NCBI GenBank assembly: GCA_965223845.1
Contig: CBDCXR010000004.1
Coordinates: 3,787,334 to 3,851,333 of the forward strand
Reading direction: 5' to 3'
Origin: Planctomycetota bacterium
GTDB lineage: Bacteria; Planctomycetota; UBA8108; SXIK01
DNA: 64,000 bases
The notes under the pieces were generated by a model that did not search any database, was not told the origin of the DNA, and saw nothing but the letters and a program-made list of their open reading frames with translations. Below are positions 39,679 through 49,317 of this stretch, one piece after another. Made by a program: the position numbers and the translations under genes. The stretch's first letter is position 1; each line of letters opens with the position of its first letter.

Positions 39679-41146
39679 GCGAAGTCTCGCTCAACGATCC
39701 GCGGAGCTGGAGCTTCCGCCACACGTCCGGATGAAGAAGCGCCAGCACGGCGACGATTTCGAGACGTCCGACCCACATCGCGCCGGTGAGGACGAGCTTG
39801 CTCGCCGTGGGCAGGTCGGCAAAGTTCCCCATCGGTCCGACGCTCTGAAACCCCGGTCCGATGTTCCCGAGACACGCGAGCGATGCGGAAAACCCGGTGA
39901 CGAGATCGCTCCCGAAGAGGACGAGGACCGATCCAACGAGAAGATAGCCGAGGAGGTAGAGTCCCCAGAGTGTGACCACCGCGCGCAGAATCTCCGTGGG
40001 AATCGTCCGCTCGCCGTAGCGGATCGGCAACACCGCACGAGGGTGCAGCACTCGCGTGAGCTCGCTCCAAAAAAGCTTGAGCACGAGAAGGAGTCGAATC
40101 GCTTTCGCACCGCCCGCCGCAGATCCAGCGCAGCCTCCCACGAGCATCACGAGCACGAGCAGCACCTTCGCCGAGTCGCCCCAGAGAGCGTAATCCGCGC
40201 TCGCGTAGCCGGTGCTTGAGATCAAGCTCGCCGACTGAAAGAGCCCTAGGCGCACGCGCTCCGCCATCGACCCGCCATCGACGAGTGCGGCGACACCGAG
40301 ACCGCCAAAGACCGCGACACCGATGTAGAAGAGAAACTCGCCATCGCGAAAGACGACGCTCGGGCGCTGCGTGAACGCTCGGTACTGGAGTGTAAAGCTC
40401 GCTCCCGCCAGCAACATAAAGACGATGATAATCCACTCTGCGGCGGGATTCTGGTATCCCGCGATCGACTGCCCGTTCGGAGAGAATCCGCCGGCCGCGA
40501 GCGTCGTCAGGCTGTGGACGAACGCGTCGTAGGGCGACATCCCCGCGATGATGAGCGCAACCGTCTCGATGCCGGTGAGGATCGAGTAGAGCGCCCAGAG
40601 CCGCTGAGCGGTCGAGCGAATCTGCGGCGTGAGCGGCTCCGAAGCAGCGCCCGACGCCTCGGCGAAAAAGAGCTGGCGCCCGGCGATCCCGAGGCGCGGG
40701 AGAACCACGACGAAGAGCGCGATGACACCCAAGCCGCCGAACCACTGCGTCATCGCACGCCAGAGAAAAAACGCGCGCCCGTAGCGCGGATCATCGAAAT
40801 CCCGCAGGATCGTCGCGCCCGTCGTCGTGAATCCCGACATCGACTCGAAGAACGCATCGACGATCGGGAGACCGGAAAAGATGAAGGGCAGAGAGCCGAT
40901 GAGAGCGACGACGAGCCAGGTCCCCGAGACGACTCCCATCGCCTCGCTGCGGCGAAAGACGGAGACTCTACGGTAGCCGAGACTGAACAGAACGCCGATC
41001 GTCAACGCCGCGGCGAGTGCGATGGCAAACTGACCGACCGACGCCCACTCGCGATCGTACGCCGCGAGTAGCATCGGAAGGACGAAGGCGACGCTGAAGT
41101 AGCGAAGAAGGTGACCGATGACGCCGAGAACGAGGAGGATGCGCAC
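39665..41146 (-). CDS. trkH: Trk-type K+ uptake membrane subunit
   Basis: TrkH/KtrB fold with repeated selectivity-filter-like loops (FTTTGATIL, AAGGFSP, SSTGYAS, LGNIGPG); GTG start. Confidence 0.85.
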   Translation of the reverse strand: MRILLVLGVIGHLLRYFSVAFVLPMLLAAYDREWASVGQFAIALAAALTIGVLFSLGYRRVSVFRRSEAMGVVSGTWLVVALIGSLPFIFSGLPIVDAFFESMSGFTTTGATILRDFDDPRYGRAFFLWRAMTQWFGGLGVIALFVVVLPRLGIAGRQLFFAEASGAASEPLTPQIRSTAQRLWALYSILTGIETVALIIAGMSPYDAFVHSLTTLAAGGFSPNGQSIAGYQNPAAEWIIIVFMLLAGASFTLQYRAFTQRPSVVFRDGEFLFYIGVAVFGGLGVAALVDGGSMAERVRLGLFQSASLISSTGYASADYALWGDSAKVLLVLVMLVGGCAGSAAGGAKAIRLLLVLKLFWSELTRVLHPRAVLPIRYGERTIPTEILRAVVTLWGLYLLGYLLVGSVLVLFGSDLVTGFSASLACLGNIGPGFQSVGPMGNFADLPTASKLVLTGAMWVGRLEIVAVLALLHPDVWRKLQLRGSLSETSHARA

Positions 41147-41319
41147 GGCTAGAAGCTCGCTCCACGGGCGCCCCGGGCCGGACGCCGGTGGATCCGCCGC
41201 GACGGTCGTCGCTGCGCGCGCGCGCCATCGCGACGACTCGCGAGACGGAGCGAGCTCGACGTGGAGGGGACCGACCGTCGTTCAATGCGAATCGATGGGC
41301 TCACCGTGCTCACGACTCC

Positions 41320-42663
41320 TCACACCGTCCGACTCAGGAAGAAATTCCGCGCTTCTTCCTCGAACTCGCGCGTGCAAAAGAGAAGAACTCGATCGTCCGC
41401 GAGGATCTCGTCGCTTCCCTTCGGAATGATGACGTCGGCACCGCGAAGGATCGCGCCGACGATCACGAACTCCGGGACCTTCAGCGAAAAGAGCGGGGTC
41501 CCCGGATAGTCGCTCGGGAGTCGCACCTCGAGCACCATCGCGTCGCCGTGCTCGAGCTCGGCGAGAAGCTCCGTGCCGGAATCGGAGATGCACTTGAGCA
41601 CACTCCGGATCGCCGCGCCGCCCGCCGAACGCACGACGTCGATGCCGACGCGCTCGAACAGGCGCTCGTTCGCTTGCGAACCCGCGCGCGTGACGATTCG
41701 AGGCACGTTGAGCTGCTTCGCGAGCAACGAGACGAGGAGATTCTTCTCGTCGTTCGACATCACCGCGATGAGGACGCTGGCGTCCGCGATGCGCTCCTCT
41801 TCGAGGAGATCGATGTCGGCCCCGTCGCCGTGGAGGACGAGAGAATTGAGCACGCGAGCCACTTCTTCGCAGCGCGTGCGATCCGACTCGATCAACTTCA
41901 CCTGCCAGCCGGCGTCTTCCATTCCCAGCGCGACCGCCAATCCGACCTCGCCCCCGCCGACGACGGTCGCCCGGCGCGCATCGCGCGAGCCGTTCTCCGA
42001 TTTCAAGTATTTGAAGAGGAGCCGGTTCATGTCACCGGGGTTTCCCATCGCGGTGATCTTGTCGCCGGGCTGGAACTCCGTGTTGCCCTTCGGGATGAAG
42101 ATCTCGTCGCCCCGACGAGCCATCACGAGGACGACTCCGCTCGGCACTCCGACTTCCATGAGCCGTCCGCGCGTGACCGGAGCGCCCTCCTCGACGGCGT
42201 GCCGGAACAACTTGACCTTTCCGCCGACGAACGCCTCGACGTCGAGTGCACCCGGGACCGCGACGATCCGCAGGATCTCCTTCGCGAGTTGCTCCGCCGG
42301 CCGGAGCACGTGATCGATGCCGAGCGATTCTGCGAGCGCGGCCGCGCTCCCGACCGCGCCGTGAAAGTCCGATCGGAAGAGGAGGCAGATCGTTTTCTCC
42401 ACGCCGAGCCGCTTCGCGACCACGCAGGCGACGAGATTCTGCTCGTCGTGAGCCGAACACGCGATGAAGACGTCCGCGCTCGCGATCCTCGCGCGGTGGA
42501 GAGTCTCCGTCGACGAGATCAGCCCCGGGACCGTCTCGACATCGAGTCGATCGAATCTCCCGCCGCTTTCCTTCGACGTGACGAGGACGACGCCGTGGTC
42601 GGTCATCGTCGCCTCCGCGATGCGGAAGGCGATCTCGTCGTCTCCAGCGATGACGATATTCAT
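41320..42663 (-). CDS. trkA: Trk-type K+ uptake NAD-binding subunit (two RCK/TrkA-N plus TrkA-C repeats)
   Basis: Two Rossmann RCK domains (MNIVIAGDDEIAF.., ATVVGGGEVGLAVAL), two TrkA-C domains. Confidence 0.85.
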   Translation of the reverse strand: MNIVIAGDDEIAFRIAEATMTDHGVVLVTSKESGGRFDRLDVETVPGLISSTETLHRARIASADVFIACSAHDEQNLVACVVAKRLGVEKTICLLFRSDFHGAVGSAAALAESLGIDHVLRPAEQLAKEILRIVAVPGALDVEAFVGGKVKLFRHAVEEGAPVTRGRLMEVGVPSGVVLVMARRGDEIFIPKGNTEFQPGDKITAMGNPGDMNRLLFKYLKSENGSRDARRATVVGGGEVGLAVALGMEDAGWQVKLIESDRTRCEEVARVLNSLVLHGDGADIDLLEEERIADASVLIAVMSNDEKNLLVSLLAKQLNVPRIVTRAGSQANERLFERVGIDVVRSAGGAAIRSVLKCISDSGTELLAELEHGDAMVLEVRLPSDYPGTPLFSLKVPEFVIVGAILRGADVIIPKGSDEILADDRVLLFCTREFEEEARNFFLSRTV

Positions 42664-42932
42664 GGGCTACGAATGCGCACGGTCGGTGCTCGGACTCGGC
42701 GGCGGGTTCCCGAACGGTCGGCTCTCGTCGCCCGGCGGGAGCGAGCGAGGGCTCGGGTACACGTGGCCCGTCACGTTTTCGGAACAGAGACGGTAGGAGA
42801 CGTCCCAAACCCTGTCAAGCGCCCTCGGCTCACGCCGGACCCGAGCACGGGAGTCCCACCCTCCTTCTTCGGCGGCCGCCATCTGCTCGCTTGAACCGAT
42901 CGTCGGGTCTCACCGCTTCGAACCGCACCCGA

Positions 42933-44372
42933 TCAAGCGAGGAAGCCGAGAGGAGCGAAGTACCCGTCGCGATCGTCGGCCGCGAGACGCCCGTAGCCGG
43001 GAATGATCTCGCCGATCCTGGACGCCGGATCCCCGAGATGTTGCGTGAGGATCTCGTGGTAGACCGCGCGAAAATCCGTGCGGTGCGCCAGATACCGGCC
43101 GTTTGCGGTGGAGAAGAGATCGCCGTTCTCCCAGCGGTCCGGAGAACAGTTGTAGACGCCCCCGCGCACTCCGCCTCCGAGGGCGAACAGACAGGCGGCC
43201 TCGCCGTGATCGGTCCCCCCGTTCGCGTTCTGGAGCGATGTGCGGCCGAATTCCGTCAGGGTGACGATCAGGACGTCGTTCCAGATCGGCTTCAAGTCGA
43301 AGTAGAGCGCCGTGAGCGCCGCGCCGAGATCGCGAAGAAGTCGAGGAAACGCGGTGACCTGATTCCCGTGCGTATCGTAGTTCCCTTGGTTGCAGCCCGT
43401 GATCTGCAGTCCGTCGACCTGCTTGAGGAGCCGCGCGCAGTCCGCTACGAATCCCGCAAACGCTCGGTCGCTGATGGCAGCGTAGTGCGGCACGGCGTTC
43501 GGCTCCGGATCGTACGGCGCCTCGCGGACGTGAGTCTCGAAGAACTCGAGACTCTCGAGCAGGGTACGCCCGGTCGAGTAGGCGAGCGTCTCGTATGGGA
43601 TCGTCCGCGTAAGACTTCGACCGTACGCGCCCTTGAGGCCGGATCCGATCGGCGGCGCAGCGTTCGGAAACTCGCCGAGCGGCACTCCGGCGGGGAGGGC
43701 GTAGTCGGCGACGGAGCGCAAGACCGGAACGAGGGTCGGTCCCTTCATGAGAACGACTTGGTTGCCGCTGAGTGTCGCGGCGCGCATCGGGTTCGCAGGA
43801 TCAGGATACGCCGTCAGGTAGCGGTTGAACACGCCGTCCTCGCGTGTCGTCTCGCCCGGGAGGCCATTCTCCCAAAACTGCTGGCTCGAAAAGTGCGAGC
43901 GGTTCTGCTCGGCGTAGCCGACGCGGTGAAGAACAGCGAGCTGCGGCCCGCGTTCGTCGAGCCGACCATGAAAGATATCAGCGAGCCGCGGTGCGCCGTC
44001 GCCCGACTCATCGACCGTCGGGTAGAAGTGAGCGAATCCGTTGAGATCGTGCGTCCGCGCCCGGTCCGGACGGAGCTGTGGACGTGCCTCCTCGAACGTC
44101 GGCGCACGCCCGGAGATCCCGGGGTCGCCGTAAGGAATCACCGCCTGGACGCCGTCGAGTCCTCCGCGAAGGAAGATGAAGAGGATCTTCTTCCGCCTCC
44201 CGGCGGGATCGACCGCCGCTGGCTCGCCCGCAAGAGCCGTACCGATCGTCCGGTGAAAAGGCGCCGGAACGCCGAAGCCCAACGCGGCGAGAGACGCCGC
44301 ACTCCAGCGGCAGAATCTGCGCCGACCGAATCGACGAAGCGGATTCCAGATTCGTTCTTCAGATGAATTCAT
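42933..44372 (-). CDS. DUF1501 family protein (sulfatase/alkaline-phosphatase-like fold) with Tat signal
   Basis: RRRF Tat motif, full-length DUF1501 similarity (GCNQGNYDTHGNQ..., TEFGRTSLQNANGGTDHG); ATGA overlap with the upstream DUF1800 gene. Confidence 0.8.
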   Translation of the reverse strand: MNSSEERIWNPLRRFGRRRFCRWSAASLAALGFGVPAPFHRTIGTALAGEPAAVDPAGRRKKILFIFLRGGLDGVQAVIPYGDPGISGRAPTFEEARPQLRPDRARTHDLNGFAHFYPTVDESGDGAPRLADIFHGRLDERGPQLAVLHRVGYAEQNRSHFSSQQFWENGLPGETTREDGVFNRYLTAYPDPANPMRAATLSGNQVVLMKGPTLVPVLRSVADYALPAGVPLGEFPNAAPPIGSGLKGAYGRSLTRTIPYETLAYSTGRTLLESLEFFETHVREAPYDPEPNAVPHYAAISDRAFAGFVADCARLLKQVDGLQITGCNQGNYDTHGNQVTAFPRLLRDLGAALTALYFDLKPIWNDVLIVTLTEFGRTSLQNANGGTDHGEAACLFALGGGVRGGVYNCSPDRWENGDLFSTANGRYLAHRTDFRAVYHEILTQHLGDPASRIGEIIPGYGRLAADDRDGYFAPLGFLA

Positions 44373-46798
44373 TGGAGCTGAAATTGAGGCAAACTAGCGA
44401 GGAATGCGGTCACGGCGCGGACGCGATCGACGGCTCCCGCTTCGCGGTAGATCTCGAGCGCGAGCTCGCGATGCTCGACGGGGAGGGCTTGGCCGTGGAG
44501 GAGGAGCGCGAAAAACTCGACCACTCGCTCCCCGCTGTCGAGCGCCCACTGCCGCTGAAACGAGAGCGGATTCCACACGAACCGCCGATCGGCCGGAGAC
44601 CCGGGGTGGATTCCGCGGCTGAGATACTTGAGCCGCTCGAGGAGTCCGATCGTGTGCATCCAGTCGAAGCCGAGCTCCGACTCCCCCGTCGGATCGGCGA
44701 ACTCGAAGAGCTCCATTCCCGCGAGAGTGAGCTCTCGCGACGCGCGAATTCCGTCGTTGACGCTCAAGCCTCCGTCTAGCGCCCGTACCGCGCTCACAAT
44801 CGTCTCGAGCGGTGTCTTTACCTTGGCGCAGGCGTACTCGAGGCTCAGGAACTCGTCCGAGCGAAGGATCGTCCGCACGACCTCGCGCAAGTCTCCGTTC
44901 GAGTGCGCCCACGCGTCGATGACGTCGACGAGAAGATCCGGCTCTTGGTACTCGCGCGGAGAGATTCGCTCGTCCGCGTTCGTGTCGAGTCGGCGAAAGA
45001 CCGCGAGCGGTCTCCCATTCGGAAGAACGAGCGGGATCGGCATCTCCCACTCGTCGAGATCGAGCAATCCGTCACCATCGGAATCGACGCTCTCGAAGTG
45101 CGCAGCGAGCTCGGCGCGGAGAGGGTATGTGCGAGGAAGAGCGGAAAGATCGTCCGTCACGAAGAGCTGGATCAGCTTCGTTCCGACGAACTTCGCCGTG
45201 TCGCGGAAATGCGCGATTCGTCGCAAGACGAGGTCGAACTCCTCGACCGCCCGCTCCGGCGTCCGCTGATCTTCGTTGGCGGGAATCGTGAGCGCCGCCC
45301 GCGGCGGAACGGGGTTCCCGAGCGAGTCGACGCCCCCGTAGCGCGGGAGGAACAGATCTTTTCGCCCCCAATCGTGGCCGCCGTCTCGGAGTCCGGGATG
45401 GCCGAACGCGAAGGCCCACACGTACGTCCCGTCGTCCCAATTCGCCCGCGCCGGGAAGGCAAACGGCCGAGGCTCGCGCCCATCGATCGGGAATCGCGGG
45501 AGGTCGGGCTGGTCGTGAAAGCCGATGTCGTGCGGAAAAAAATGCCGCCGCTCGACCCACGCGACCGTCCAGCCCGTAAGGATGCGCGAGAGCTCCTCGA
45601 TGTCGCGCTGAGTGTACAGATGGTCCACGCCGAGCGTCGACAGCTCAAGCACTTCGCGCGCGTAGTTCTCATTCGGGGCTGCGGCGGTATTCTCGAAGCC
45701 GTTCAAGTAGATGAGCATCGCAACGCTCTTCGCCGAACCTTCGACGAGATCCGCAAAGCTCCCGAGCGCGTGACGCCGAAAGTACTCGTACTCTCGGCGC
45801 TCCATGTCCGCGGCGACAGCGAGCTGAGCGGCGCCGGTTCCGTACTTCCAGTACGCGACCGGAGCGAACTCGAACTCGGCGGGACTCAGCGTGCCGTCGG
45901 CCGTCGAGCGACCGAACTCCGCGAAGCTACGCACACCGGGATGCGCCGCGCGAAACTCACTCCACTCGCCGGCGTCGATCGTGCCGGAGCCGTCGCCATC
46001 GACGTGCCGAAACAGCTCCGCCGAACCGCGCGCGGCGACCCCCCCGCGTCGCATCCGTCCAAAAAAGAGGTCGCGGAGGGTCGTGATCTGAGTGTGAAAG
46101 TGGTTGTTCCAAAACAGCGCGAGGACGTGGAGCAGCTGCCACCGGCTCGAACGCGCGTTTTCGATCAGCATCGCTTCGAGGCGCTCGATGGGCGCGCCCG
46201 ACACCGGATCGCGAAAGCCGATGCGGAGACGATCGATGCGCTGCGCGAGCTCGGGTTCGTGGCCGACCGGATCGTAGTCGACCGGGGGGCGCAGCTGATC
46301 CTCGATATACCGCTCGAGATCGGCGCGCGTTTGAATCCGGGCGAGCAACTCCTCGTTTGGGCCGAACGTGATTCTTCTCAGTGCATGAGCGATGAGCGCG
46401 GTGTCGTCCGGGCACAGCTCGTACTTCGAGCAGCCTAGGTACCCAGAGTTGCGATCGACGCCGCAGGCGACCGGCCCCGGAGGAGCGGGCGGTGGCAGGT
46501 CGCCGAAGAGATGGCCGAGGAGATAGAGCGCATCGGAAATGTCGACGCCATCGTCGTCGTTCGCGTTGGCGGCTTCGACGCACGTCCCGCGACGGCTCTC
46601 CGCGAAGAGTGCGTTCAACACGAAGATCGGATCGGCGACGTTGACCGCACCGTCTGCGTTGGCGTCGCCGCGGCGAAACTGAACCCGGCGAACGAAGGAA
46701 TCTCCGAGCGTCGCGACCAACGGAAGGAGCGTCAAGCAGGTGACGCGCGCCGCGACCGCCAACCCTCCCCCGAACATCCTCTGTCGCTGCTCGCGCAT
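44369..46798 (-). CDS. DUF1800 family protein with N-terminal dockerin-like module and internal EF-hand Ca-binding loops
   Basis: DUF1800 core (LFWNNHFHTQI...), N-terminal RGDANADGAVNVADPIFVLNALF...ANANDDDGVDISDALYLLGHLFGDLPPPAPPGPVACGVD, EF-hand loops DGDGSGTIDAGE, DSDGDGLLDLDE, DTNADERISPRE; start uncertain (46798 or 46777). Confidence 0.75.
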   Translation of the reverse strand: MREQRQRMFGGGLAVAARVTCLTLLPLVATLGDSFVRRVQFRRGDANADGAVNVADPIFVLNALFAESRRGTCVEAANANDDDGVDISDALYLLGHLFGDLPPPAPPGPVACGVDRNSGYLGCSKYELCPDDTALIAHALRRITFGPNEELLARIQTRADLERYIEDQLRPPVDYDPVGHEPELAQRIDRLRIGFRDPVSGAPIERLEAMLIENARSSRWQLLHVLALFWNNHFHTQITTLRDLFFGRMRRGGVAARGSAELFRHVDGDGSGTIDAGEWSEFRAAHPGVRSFAEFGRSTADGTLSPAEFEFAPVAYWKYGTGAAQLAVAADMERREYEYFRRHALGSFADLVEGSAKSVAMLIYLNGFENTAAAPNENYAREVLELSTLGVDHLYTQRDIEELSRILTGWTVAWVERRHFFPHDIGFHDQPDLPRFPIDGREPRPFAFPARANWDDGTYVWAFAFGHPGLRDGGHDWGRKDLFLPRYGGVDSLGNPVPPRAALTIPANEDQRTPERAVEEFDLVLRRIAHFRDTAKFVGTKLIQLFVTDDLSALPRTYPLRAELAAHFESVDSDGDGLLDLDEWEMPIPLVLPNGRPLAVFRRLDTNADERISPREYQEPDLLVDVIDAWAHSNGDLREVVRTILRSDEFLSLEYACAKVKTPLETIVSAVRALDGGLSVNDGIRASRELTLAGMELFEFADPTGESELGFDWMHTIGLLERLKYLSRGIHPGSPADRRFVWNPLSFQRQWALDSGERVVEFFALLLHGQALPVEHRELALEIYREAGAVDRVRAVTAFLASLPQFQLQ

Positions 46799-46975
46799 TC
46801 GAGTTTCGTCTCTCGCTTCGCCGGCCGATGGCACCGGTGATCTAACCGCGCATCCTCCGTCTTTCTTGTACCCGAGAACGATCTCTCGTGCGCCTCCGAA
46901 CCGCGCGCGACCTTGGCTCGGGTCGGAACTCGTGAGACGATGGCGAGAACGAAACGGCTCCGAGTTCCATCGACA

Positions 46976-48526
46976 ATGCGCTTCACCCTCGCGTTCTGCG
47001 CTCTAACTCTGGTCGTCGCGTTCTCGTCCATCGCGCGAGCCGAAGACTTCGTTCGCGGTGATGGGAACGGCGACGCGGCGGTCGACATCGCCGATCCGGT
47101 TTTCGTCTTTCTCGCCCTCTTCGGCAGCGAAGGTCCTCTACCCTGCGCCGACGCGGCGGACGCCAACGACGACGGCGCTGTCGACGTCGCGGACGTCGCC
47201 TATCTCCTCAACTATCTCTTCGGCGACGGGACCGCCCCGCCGCCGCCGGGTGACGGCCCATGCGGAGGCGTCGACCCGACGCTCGACGAGCTCGCGTGTT
47301 CGGAGCCGCTCGAACCGCCGCTCGCGAGCGGACCACCGAGGCTCCGCTGGACGGCGACGTACGCGCCGGCACGGGGACTGGAGCAGCGAACTCGGCTCCC
47401 TCTTTCGACGGAAAGCGACGACACGGTCCGCGCCGACCTCGGCGTCGCGTTTTCCCTGCTTCTCGAGGCTTCGGCACATCCGGACGGCCGCGCGCCCGTC
47501 GAGATTCTGCTCGACCCTCACACTGTCGATCCGGAAGTCCTCGCCGTACGCTGCGATCGCGATCTCCTCTCGCCCGAGGGGATCGTCCCGGCCGGCACCA
47601 ATCTCGCCCCGTGGTTCTCACGCGAGACCGAGGGCTGGATCGACCCGATCTACCTCACCCAGGAGGTCGCGCTCCGGGTCGATCGCCTCACCTCGGTAGG
47701 ACCGATCGATCCGGGTCGCCACGTGTTCACAGCGGAAGCGGTCGACACCGCTTGCGCTCGTGCGTCTCCTGCTGCGATCGCGATCGAGATCGTACCGTCG
47801 CTCGCCCCGCGGATCTCCATCGCCGCGATCGACGAGACCGGAGCTCCGCACCCCCACCACGCGGGGAGCGGCAACCTTCGCGTTTCGCCCGGAGCGGACG
47901 ACATCCTCCTCGAGATCGATGCCACCCCGAACGCCGCCGTTGAGGACGCGCCCATCGACGCGGAGAGTCTACACGTCTCGTCCTCGCCGCCGGTGGACGG
48001 CGCGGCCGATCTCACGGAACGATTCGAGCGCGTCGCACCGACTCTCTGCCGATGGCGGGGCCGCGTCCCCGTGCGCGAGCTCACGCCCGGGAACACGACG
48101 ATCACGGTTTCGCTTCGGTCGGCGAATGACGCCGCGGCGAGCAGCGTCCTCTTCACGATCGAGCTCGAGGTGTCGTACGCCCGCGACGTCCAGTCGATTT
48201 GGAACGCCAACTGCTCCGGCTGCCACGAGGGGCCGAACGCGGCGCGCGGACTCGAGCTCGTCGCGCCCGGAGAAGACCCGGAGGAAATTCGGCGCTCCTT
48301 CGTCAACGTGTTCGCTGCGGGGCCGTCGATCGAATCGGTCGCGCCGGTTCACGTCCGCCCGTTCTTTCCGCGCCGGAGCTACCTCTTTCACAAGCTCGAG
48401 GGCACGCACCTCGACGAGCCCGTCCGCGGCAGCGGCGAACGCATGCCGGCGGACGGTCCGCCGTACTTGAGTGAGGCTGCCATCCACACGGTCCGGAGCT
48501 GGATCGTCCAGGGCGCCGCTCCGTAA
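46976..48526 (+). CDS. Secreted protein: N-terminal dockerin-like module, central domain of unknown function, C-terminal PSCyt1-like (Planctomycete cytochrome c, CxxCH) domain
   Basis: Signal MRFTLAFCALTLVVAFSSIARA; GDGNGDAAVDIADPVFVFLALFG...DANDDGAVDVADVAYLLNYLFGDGTAPPPPGDGPCGGVDPT; C-terminus VQSIWNANCSGCHEG...MPADGPPYLSEAAIHTVRSWIVQGA. Confidence 0.7.
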   Translation: MRFTLAFCALTLVVAFSSIARAEDFVRGDGNGDAAVDIADPVFVFLALFGSEGPLPCADAADANDDGAVDVADVAYLLNYLFGDGTAPPPPGDGPCGGVDPTLDELACSEPLEPPLASGPPRLRWTATYAPARGLEQRTRLPLSTESDDTVRADLGVAFSLLLEASAHPDGRAPVEILLDPHTVDPEVLAVRCDRDLLSPEGIVPAGTNLAPWFSRETEGWIDPIYLTQEVALRVDRLTSVGPIDPGRHVFTAEAVDTACARASPAAIAIEIVPSLAPRISIAAIDETGAPHPHHAGSGNLRVSPGADDILLEIDATPNAAVEDAPIDAESLHVSSSPPVDGAADLTERFERVAPTLCRWRGRVPVRELTPGNTTITVSLRSANDAAASSVLFTIELEVSYARDVQSIWNANCSGCHEGPNAARGLELVAPGEDPEEIRRSFVNVFAAGPSIESVAPVHVRPFFPRRSYLFHKLEGTHLDEPVRGSGERMPADGPPYLSEAAIHTVRSWIVQGAAP

Positions 48527-48711
48527 CGGTCGCTGGCGATCGCAGAGCTCGAATCCACCGGGACGCCGAGCAGAATCCGCAGTGACACGGATCTCGGGTA
48601 GGATCTGAAAGAGTAAGCGAGCAGAACTCCGCCGCGATTCGACCCGGAGAGTCCGCCTGCTCGCGGTGCGTCACGCGACTTCAACCAAGTTCATTCTCCG
48701 AGGAGTTGACC

Positions 48712-49281
48712 ATGCGCCGAAAAACGTGGCTCGGCGGTGTGCTCTCTGTGCTCGCCCTCACGCTTCTCATCTCGCCCGACGGCCGCGCTCGTTCCCAGTC
48801 GGGGGACGCGGGTGACGACGGCCCGAAGAAACCCGAGACCGCGACCGTCGACCGCGCCGCGCTCGAAGCAGAGTTCGCCAAGACGCTCGAAAACGCCGTC
48901 CTCGTCGGCAAATTTCGGCTGATCTCGAACGACGAGATCGGCGACGAGAAGCCCGAGCGCTACGAGATTCGGTCGGCGAAGAAGCTCGCGGGCGATCGCT
49001 GGATCATCACCGCTCGCGTCAAGTACGGCACGCTCGACGTCGAGTTTCCGTTCCCGGTCGACGTCGTGTGGGCCGGCGATACACCGATCATCTCTGTCAC
49101 CGACGTGCGCTTTCTCACGTACGGTCCGTACACCGCTCGCGTCATGGTCTACCGCGGACTCTACACCGGAACCTGGTTCGGTCCCGGTCACGGCGGACTC
49201 ATGAGCGGCCGCGTCGAACGCGCCGCAGCGGACGCGAAGGACGCGAAAGACGCAGAACGCGCCGAGCCGAAATCGGAGTAG
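48712..49281 (+). CDS. Secreted hypothetical protein
   Basis: GAGGAG RBS then ATG 48712, signal peptide MRRKTWLGGVLSVLALTLLISP, no recognisable family. Confidence 0.5.
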   Translation: MRRKTWLGGVLSVLALTLLISPDGRARSQSGDAGDDGPKKPETATVDRAALEAEFAKTLENAVLVGKFRLISNDEIGDEKPERYEIRSAKKLAGDRWIITARVKYGTLDVEFPFPVDVVWAGDTPIISVTDVRFLTYGPYTARVMVYRGLYTGTWFGPGHGGLMSGRVERAAADAKDAKDAERAEPKSE

Positions 49282-49317
49282 GCTCCTCGTCCGAACGCGA
49301 GATCACGGACCGATGAC

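Noticed and set aside
38083-39789. 568-aa + strand ORF
   Set aside because: Antisense to the rhomboid gene, which has clear catalytic motifs; same low-complexity composition.
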